This document shows, in pieces, positions 54,974-64,000 of a stretch of DNA of 64,000 nt. Made by a program: the position numbers and the translations under genes. The stretch covers positions 2,356,001-2,420,000 of the forward strand of contig OX597833.1 of the NCBI GenBank assembly GCA_951406725.2. The letters are read 5' to 3'. This stretch comes from Octopus vulgaris. Its lineage: Eukaryota. The notes below the pieces were generated by a model that saw nothing but the letters and a program-made list of their open reading frames with translations, was not told where the DNA came from and did no database searches. Position 1 is the stretch's first letter. Each line of letters starts with the position of its first letter.

Positions 54974-55346
54974 GTAGGCGCAGATGTGGTTGTGTGGTAA
55001 ATAGTTATATGCCCCAACCACATGGTTCTGGGTTCAGTCCCACTGTGTGGCAACTTGGGCACGGCCAAAACTTTGTGAGTAGATTTGATTGACGGAAACT
55101 GAAGGAAGCCCGTCGCTTATATGTCTGTATGTGTGCGTCTTTGAATCTGTGTTTGTCATTCCTACCGCTTGACAGCCAGTGTTGGTTTGCTTACACCCCT
55201 CCCCTAACTTAGCAGGTTGGTGCAAGAGAGCTATAGAATAGGTACCAGGTTTTAAAAATAGGTACAGAGGTGATTTGTTCCACTGAAACCTTTCAAGGCG
55301 GTGCTACAGCATGGCCGTAGTTCAATGGTGGACACAAGTAAAAGAT
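54974..55346 (+). mobile_element. diverged SINE family A
   Basis: Colinear with the consensus. Confidence 0.85.
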
Positions 55347-55457
55347 AAACAGCCTGGTATCGTGAGTACATTTTAACAGCTCAGTCTGCTACAAGCATCC
55401 ATACACAATCTCTGGTTTGAGAATAAATTCCGTCTTTCTTTCCGCCAAGCTTGGAGG

Positions 55458-55641
55458 CTCTCTTTTACTTGTTTGTCATTTGACTGCGGCCATGCTGGAG
55501 CACAGCCTTTAGTCGAGCAAATCGACCCCGAGACTTATTCTTTGTAAGCCCAGTACTTATTCTATCGGTCTCTTTTGCCGAACCGCTAAGTGACGGGGAC
55601 GTAAACACACCAGCATCGGTTGTCAAGCAATGCTAGGGGGA

Positions 55642-55691
<50 letters not shown>

Positions 55692-55804
55692 CGACAGGCT
55701 TCTTTCAGTTTCCATCTACCAAATCCACTCACAAGGCATTGGTCGGCCCGGGGCTATAGTAGAAGACACTTGCCCAAAGTGCCATGCAGCCACTCCTGCG
55801 CCTA
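55458..55804 (-). mobile_element. SINE family A with internal head deletion
   Basis: Reverse-complement consensus; 5' junction duplicated at 55851-55933. Confidence 0.9.
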
Positions 55805-56439
55805 AAAAAATACAGGAATAAAGGATTATGGACCGGTTATGAGAATGTTTTTGCCCAAAGTGCCATACAGCCACTCCTGCGCCTAAAAAAATACAGGAAT
55901 AAAGGATTATGGACCGGTTATGAGAATGTTTTTGTCTTAATTATAATATTGTAATTAGCTGGCTCCGTGCTGTCAAAAGTGACGGCTAATTGTAGTATTT
56001 TACATATAAATAGGGACGAAGGATAGAATATGGATGGTAATTTAAAATGATACATTTCTCAGTGTTATCTCGTGGTTGTATTTTGAGATGTGACATCGAT
56101 CATCGTTTGTTACTGAAAGGCCGCTGGTTCAAACATACAAACGTTCACATTACTTCCCTTCTACAAATTCACATTTGTAACGCTGTTTGATTTTTCTTTT
56201 CAGCGTTGAATGTTCACCTTTCCACTTCCATTTCGCACACACACACACACAAACATTCATATACTTCCCTTTTACATACACACATACTCACACAGAGTTG
56301 AAACGCTGTTTGATTTTTTCACCGTACAATTTCCATCATCCCACTACCAAGTTTGTCACTACCCCTTCCTTCCTTATTCATCTATCCTTCCTTCTTTTCT
56401 CATTCATATATTGTGACTGAGAAAAACACAAGAGTATTC

Positions 56440-56819
56440 GTCGTGGTACTCTGTCGGTTACGACGAGGAGGGTTCCAGTTGATCCGATCAACGGAACAGC
56501 CTGCTCGTGAAATCAACGTGCAAGTGGTTGAGTACTCCACAGACACGTGTACCCTTAACGTGGTTCTCGGTGAGATTCGGCGTGACACAGTGTGACAATG
56601 CTGGCCCTTTGGGATACAGGTACAATAGAAACAGAAAGAAAGAGTGAGAGAAAGTTGTGGTGAAAGAGTACAGCAGCGTTCGCCACCACACCCCTGCAAG
56701 ATCATCGTGGAGCTTTAGGTGTTTATACTCAACAAACACTTACAACGCCCGGTCTGGGAATCGAAACTGCGATCCTGCAACCGCGAGTCCGCTGCCGTAA
56801 CCATTGGGCCATTGCGCCA
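56440..56819 (-). mobile_element. SINE family C, full length
   Basis: Reverse complement of 33938-34323; imperfect TSD acaaRagtatt. Confidence 0.88.
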
Positions 56820-57302
56820 CAAAAGTATTATTATAGTAGATGACTAAATTTTAGTTATTTCTCAACAAAATAAAAGTTGTTTCCTCCCCACATTTTGCTT
56901 TGATCGGCTCAGCTCGGAGAAATTACGAATTGTGGGAGAAACGCTGGCGTTTGAGAAAGAAATACGACCATCATCTTCGAGAATGGACTCTCTGTTACCA
57001 ACAACTCACATCTTCAATTTATACTTCTTGGACTCGTGACTCTGGTGACTAACATTTGACTATTGACTCGGTTATTTTGTAACAAATCTGTTTACTGCCA
57101 TTATTGTAAATTTTCGCCATATTTCCCAATACACAACCAAACTGTAGGGACCTGTTTGTTTCCCTTGCCGGTTTCGAGCGTGAGACTCTTTCCTTGTCAT
57201 GCAGTAACCGTAACAAGACCCTATTCACACCCTACCCCGCTTCACCAAAAGTTGACAGAAACAAAAACCAGTTGAACAGACATACGATCAAAGGCGTATG
57301 AA

Positions 57303-57605
57303 GTGGAGGCACATGGCATAGTGGTTAGAGCAGCGGACTCGCGGTCGAGGGATCGCGGGTTCGAATCTCAGACAGGGCGATGTGTGTGTTTATGAGTGAA
57401 ACACCTAAGCTCCACGTGGCTCCGGCAGAAGGTAATGGCGAACTTCTGCTGACTCTTCCGCCACAACTTTCTCTCACTCTTTCCTCCTGCATCTTGCAGC
57501 TCACCTGCGACGGACCGGTGTCCTGTCCAGGTGGGGAACCTATACGCCAAGGAAACCCGGAAACCGGCCCTTATGAGCCAGGCATGGCTCGAGAAGGAAC
57601 CAAAA
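57303..57605 (+). mobile_element. SINE family C head/body with alternative tail
   Basis: Head like 33938, tail like the reverse complement of 27284-27380. Confidence 0.82.
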
Positions 57606-57768
57606 AAACATTTCCTGTCATGGCCATCATGTTTATTTTACGCAATATATCCTTCCTTTTCCCAACCCGATTGCGTGTGTGTTTTGAGTGAGATGATGTC
57701 ATTCCCTGGACATTTATTTTTCTTTCCGTTGTTATTGTTATTGCCGATGCCACTCTATATGCTGTTGC

Positions 57769-57799
<31 letters not shown>

Positions 57800-58064
57800 G
57801 GTGGTGATGGTGCTGTCATTCTTGGTGCTTTAATGTTCTTAACGTTTATATTGTTGTTCTTGTTGTTTCGGTCGTTTTTTATTGTCGTTGCTTCTGATGA
57901 AGATAAAATATAATGAAGAAGATGGTGAGAACGATAGCAGAAACGCTAATGGTGTGAAGGGCGGCGGCGACGGTGGTAAAGGTGGTGGTGGTGGTGGTGG
58001 CTGTGGTGGATACGCTGGCAGCAGCTTTTGTCAAACTCTTAGAATTTCATGCAATTGCTGAGGA

Positions 58065-58964
58065 CGATGATGGTGATGATGATGATGATGAAGATTAAGA
58101 GGAGGAGGAGGAGGACAATGATGATGATGGTGATGAGGAAGATTAGGAGGAGGAGGAGGCGGAGGAGGACAATGATGATGATGGTGATGATGAAGATTAG
58201 GAGGAGGAGGACAATGATGATGATGATAATGGTGATATTGATGATGATGACGACGATCATGATGATGAAGATTAGGAGGGAGAGGAGAACGATGATGATA
58301 ATGGTGATATTGATGATGATGACGACGATCATGATGATGAAGATTAGGAGGGAGAGGAGAACGATGATGATAATGGTGATATTGATGATGATGATGACGA
58401 TGATGATGATGATGATGACGATGATCATGATGTTGATGACAAGGATGATGACTAGAATGCTGACGATGATGATGATCATGATGAAGATGATGATAAAGAT
58501 CATGTTTTTGACAATAATGCTGACGATGATGATGGTGATGATAATGATGATACGATGATGATGATGGTGGTTGTGATGAGGACGTCGACGTTGACGGCGA
58601 CGACAGCGACACGGACGCTCACAAACAAACTCGACCGAGTGGAAAATGTACTTTTCCACACAAACAAATTGAGGTCAGTGGTTCACATTGCTGGTTTACG
58701 GTCGTGGGTAGGCGTAGGCGGAGGGAGAGGAAGAGGGAAGAGGCGGATGTGGAAGTGGTGAAAGAGGAGAAGGAGAGGAAGAAGGAACAGAAAGGAGGAA
58801 GGAGATTAAGAAGAAAAAATATCTTTTTTTATTATTATTATTATTTAGTAGTAGTAGTAGTGGTGGTGGTGGTGGTGGTGGTGGTGGTGGTGAAGGTGTT
58901 GGTGGTGGTAGTAGTAGTAGTAGTAGTCGTCGTGATGGTGGTGGTAGTAGTAGTAGTAGTGGTG

Positions 58965-59010
<46 letters not shown>

Positions 59011-59030
59011 AAGTAGTAGTAGTAGTAGTA
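58065..59030. repeat. (GAT)/(GAG)/(GTG)/(GTA) arrays with a ~72-bp higher-order duplication
   Basis: gaagattaggagggagaggagaacgatgatgataatgg occurs twice. Confidence 0.92.
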
Positions 59031-59769
59031 AGAATAGGATTATATAGATTGGTGCGACACGAGCGAGTAGTTCAGGGAAGTGTACATAATGTGACCACTC
59101 CACTTTACTGCGGAACTGTGGCTCTCACCCGGTGCCACTTCAAGCTTCACTCGCTCAGTCCCAGCAATAAGTGAAGGATCATGTGTATGTGTGTGTGTTT
59201 GTGTGTGTGTATGTGCTAGTGTATTATGAACCCCCGAATGTGGTCGAATGTAAACTTATTCCTTCTAAACTATATATAAGTGTACAAAAGCAGTCGAGTC
59301 TCTTGAATGTCCGTTTCACTGAATATTGGCCGCTCCTCAGAGAAGACATGCCTGTCCTCTATCCTCACTCAATAGCATAGAAGTTTGTTATTGACTGGGG
59401 ATTTATGATGGAAACATCGTCCCTGAAGAGAAGACAATAAGCGATGAAACGGGTCATCGGAGGAAATATTTTCAGATTTTTATTCATTTTTAACCTAAAA
59501 TAAGGCATTGCAATACTTAAAATTTATTGCAGTTCTTCATATTTACGCTTTGTCAGGTAAATATATATATATATACAAACACACACAGACACATGCACAC
59601 ACGCACACACATACACAGACACACACACACAATCAAACACATATAATCATACAAAAACATATATATATATATACATAAATACATAAACATGTATATGGAC
59701 ATGTGTATGTATATATACATAGATATATGTATGTATGTATATATATATGTGTGTGTGTGTCTGTGTGTA

Positions 59770-59821
<52 letters not shown>

Positions 59822-59921
59822 TACATATATACACATAAATAATGTATATATTTGTGTGTATGTATGTTTATATGCATGTATGTTTATGTATGTTTGTATG
59901 TGTGAATGCATATATATATGG

Positions 59922-59966
<45 letters not shown>

Positions 59967-59980
59967 CGTAGATAATTACG

Positions 59981-60068
<88 letters not shown>

Positions 60069-61413
60069 ATAGATAGATAGAAGTCGAATTGACAGAAGCA
60101 TTACAATGCCGGATAAAAAAAGATTTGCACCACCGTTCTATCTCTCTGCAATCTGAGTTCAATTCCGACCTGCGCCAACAGTGGATTTTATCCTTTCAAA
60201 TCGATAATCGAAATAACATTGGGATCGAGTACGCCTCTTGTCTCTCTTCAAATTGTTCTTGTGCGGGTACCAACAATGGGGCATTTACATAACTATCCCT
60301 TTCCCCCCACCACCACCACCACCACCACCAGTCACTTCATAATTCTTTCAATCGCACTATGTACACGTGACAATAATGAAGAATGCACATTTTGTGATGC
60401 AGGAAAATAGATTCATCAATTTCATTATTTGTTTCAATACTTTTGCCTCTGTCTTTTTTTGTTTGTTTTTTTTATTTTTTTATTTTATTATATTCATGAG
60501 AAAATATGAGAAATTATCGTTTCCATTTGTGAATTCTATTTATTGCCATCAGTGTTAACACCAAGGGATAGTATTTTAAAATTCTTTTATCGTTTGCGTG
60601 AGAATCAATGTTTGTACTGGAGTTTGGAAATTTGCAATGAATACCATCTTCGACTACAAGAACGATTCTATCTGTTTGGATTTAATTTGAATCACACACG
60701 AAAATCCAATTTTACACATGTAAGTTAATGCAGATGATAGCAGGACTCCTTAATGCATGTGAAGAGAGAATTCGCTAACTCACGTACATGCTGAAAAATG
60801 GCGTTAAAATTAATGATGGAGTTTATTCGTTTGGCTTTTGCTTTCATTTTTGTTTGTTTTGTAGGTGTTTTTTTTTTAATTTTTTCTTTACCCACCCCCG
60901 TCTCAAGTGATCAATAATTTCAATTGGAATAGCTTCATTTCTCCCGGCTTTGCATTAAGAGATGGAAAACGAAATGAAATTTTATAATTTCCTGCAATCC
61001 ACGGTTTTAACTTTTCGTCAGGCAGCACTTTATGCCTTAATGAGAGAATAAATTTACACCTTTTCTTTGTAGCTGAAAATTCAGCTCGTTCAAAGCAACC
61101 AAATATATCCGCTAGGTATATGGGAAAGTATAAATTTGACTAATTTAAAATAATTCTTTGATTTTTAGTACGTCCTCGCAGATCCAAGTGTAAATAATTG
61201 ATCGATGTTGCTTTCCGTCACCGGAGAACACCTACACCTTTTTGGCGATGTGCGTTCATAACACACGATTCCCCAGTTGTTGCTAAACAAATTCACAAAA
61301 TATTGGTTGGCCGAGTGTTATAGTTACAAACACCGACATGCCCCAAAAATCAAACAAGGTGACAGAACACGTGGTATTAAGATTTCGAAGCGGTATATGT
61401 GTATATATAAGTA

Positions 61414-61488
<75 letters not shown>

Positions 61489-61721
61489 AATATGTTACAA
61501 AAAGAAAATATAAAATACACGTGGAAATATAAGGGTAAAGTATGAAAAATCAACGAAAATGCACATTGCAAATAAAAAAAGGCCTTTTATGACAGGTAAC
61601 GACAAATATATACATCTAAATATATATATATGTATTCATACATATATATATATATGTGTGTGTGTGTGTATATATATATTCATATATATATATGTGTGTG
61701 TGTGTGTATATATATATATTC

Positions 61722-61797
<76 letters not shown>

Positions 61798-62016
61798 GTA
61801 TATATACATACATATATATATATGTACAGAGAGAGGCTGGAGACGTAGAAAGCAAGAGAGAGTAAGAGAGTGTCGATTCACTAAGCAAAAGTGAGGCAGG
61901 TGAGTGAGACAAGGTCGGTAGACAAAATCATGAAAGATAAGATTTTTGGCTTACATTGCTAAAATAATAGCCAAGAGTCAGTGATGGAAAGAGAGAGAAA
62001 GCAAGGGAGAAGTAAA

Positions 62017-62049
<33 letters not shown>

Positions 62050-62567
62050 AGGTCAGACTATCAGACAGAGAAAGAGAGCTAAGTTAATCACATAACATGG
62101 CCAATTATTGCTTCAATCTCTCACGCCAAATTATGTCCACCACCAATCTTGGCTCGATCATTCATCTATACCAAATTGGCATTTGATTGAGGTGACGACG
62201 CTGAAGTTCACTCTAACCTAGCCAACTTTTAAGCAGATTATCTCGCTTACTTATTTATATTCTGTGATTCTCTAACCTAGCGTTGAAGTTTGGCTGGGTG
62301 TAATTAACCAGCAAATTGGTGGCTCGGTAGAATGGTTTGAGCGCCGGAACAAATGCTGCGCGAACGTGCGCAGTCTGCCGGTTGGGAGGTTTGCAATCAT
62401 AATCGCAAGATTGGAGTTTCAGTACATTTTGATCTTCAGGAAAACACTTCGTTTCATGTGGCTCCAGTCTACTCAGCTACCAAGCTAACCTGTCATATCT
62501 CTCAACTTTTCTTTCTTCCTATTGGCATACCTTGTTGTCAGCTGGGCAAGCTATATCTATGATCCAG

Positions 62568-62663
<96 letters not shown>

Positions 62664-62664
<1 letters not shown>

Positions 62665-62765
62665 GAGTGAGAGAGCAGTTCATGCCATCAAAGTGACACT
62701 GGGGTAAAACATACGAAGCCCAATATACCCATCATGACTACCCGTCTGATAAGGGTACACTAGGC

Positions 62766-62857
<92 letters not shown>

Positions 62858-62987
62858 GAGAGAGATAGCAGTTCATGCCATCACAGTGACACTGGGGTAA
62901 AACATACGAAGCCCAATATACCCATCATGACTACCCGTCTGATAAGGGTACACTAGGCACATTATTATTATTATTATTATTATTTTA

Positions 62988-63020
<33 letters not shown>

Positions 63021-63152
63021 ATTATTATTATTATTATTATTATTATTGCGTGAGAGAGCAGTTCATGCCATCAAAGTGACACACTGGGGTAAAACATACG
63101 AGCCCAATATACCCATCATGACTACCCGTCTGATAAGGGTACACTAGGCACA
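62664..63152 (-). repeat. three tandem ~105-bp 3'-end units of the (TAA)n-embedded element, separated by (TTA)n
   Basis: Units at 62664-62768, 62857-62961 and 63047-63152, all ending at ctaggcaca. Confidence 0.93.
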
Positions 63153-63169
63153 TTATTATTATTATTATT

Positions 63170-64000
63170 ATTCAGTAGTTTTATTTTTATAGCGTGCACT
63201 ACCGAGCGCAGCTCTGTGTGCCTTGGGTATGTGCTGTGATTTGTTGTGATGCTCTGATGGTTATTGTAAGGAAAGTGTTCTGCGTAGGATGTGTGCAGTG
63301 CCTAGTAGTGCGATTTTCTGTATGTTATATGTGTTTGTAAGTCCTGGTGTTTTTGTTATGTATTTGTCTGAATATTTTTTTATCATGCCTAATGCACCTA
63401 CTATGATATGAATTGTTTCTGTTTTCAGATTCCACATTCTAGTTACCTCTATTTCAAGGTCTTTGTATTTTGAGAGTGTCTCCATTTCTTTTAGAGACAC
63501 GTTGTCATCAGCCGGTATTGATACATCAATTAAAAAGCATTTTTTTCTTCATGGTCGCTGACAACTATATCTGGTCTGTTGGCCTTAATTTCTCTATCTG
63601 TGTGTATCGGCATATCCCAGAGTATGGTTGCTTTCTCGTTTTCTGTGACCTTTTCTGGTGTGTGCCTATACCATCTTTTTTCTGTTGTTATTCCATAATG
63701 TTGGCATAGCTTCCAATGTATGTAGGTTCCAACTCTGTCATGTCTGTGAATATATTCCTTCTTAGCCAGGACTGGGCAGCTAGAGATAATATGATTTATT
63801 GTTTCTTGTCCATCTCCACATATTCTGCAGTTACTTGTAATATTTCTTTTCATTACATGTTTTTGGTAATTTCTGGTGGGGAGGCTTTGGTCTTGTGCTG
63901 CAATTAAAAATCCCTCTGTTTCTGCTTTGAGTCCTGAGCTTCTCAACCATTGCTGGGATTTTTCTTTGTCTATTTCTTTTGCGTTTAGTTTAGTGCAGTA
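63170..64000 (-). mobile_element. R4/Dong-clade non-LTR retrotransposon ORF C-terminus (CCHC knuckle + PD-(D/E)xK RLE) and 3'UTR, family A; continues past the window edge
   Basis: ETEGFLIAAQDQ, CRICGDGQETINHIISSC, RHD, NRPDIVV, (frameshift) CFLIDVSIP, KYKDL, GTAHILR; 3' end runs into (TAA)n. Confidence 0.95.

Noticed and set aside
58639-58659. Palindrome gtggaaaa-tgtac-ttttccac
   Set aside because: An 8-bp stem is expected by chance in 64 kb of AT-rich DNA.
62664-63152. CRISPR-like array
   Set aside because: The repeats are 105-bp element fragments and the spacers are (TTA)n.
46917-64000. Next sGC exon (expected C...LHYYSxR)
   Set aside because: No matching reading frame with an acceptor was found by eye; it probably lies beyond the window.

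Overview
AT-rich, microsatellite-saturated animal genomic DNA. The SINE families and repeat load point to an octopus/coleoid cephalopod; this is an inference from recalled repeat families, not a database result. Almost every ORF in the supplied track is a simple-repeat artefact. The only host-gene coding sequence I can support is two + strand exons (44694-44815 and 46727-46916). They splice in frame and encode most of the H-NOX (heme-NO-binding) domain of a soluble guanylate cyclase beta-like subunit, with the proximal His retained. The exon that should follow them was not found, and the one that should precede them is uncertain. The rest is transposon debris: three tRNA-derived SINE families, R4/Dong-clade RLE LINE fragments (one family sitting in (TAA)n arrays), CR1-like and RTE-BovB-like fragments, a degraded Penelope-like RT plus many Penelope-type hammerhead remnants, a mariner transposase relic and two non-autonomous Helitrons. 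The most interesting observations are: (1) a ~550-bp non-coding element that is always embedded in (TAA)n, one copy of which is circularly permuted; (2) the same -1 frameshift at a slippery heptamer in both Dong family A copies; (3) a 165-bp tandem repeat that multiplies the branch point and polypyrimidine tract of the sGC exon; (4) locally templated insertions inside SINEs; (5) tail-to-tail inverted SINE pairs and a G-U-rich hairpin that are candidate dsRNA/ADAR substrates.
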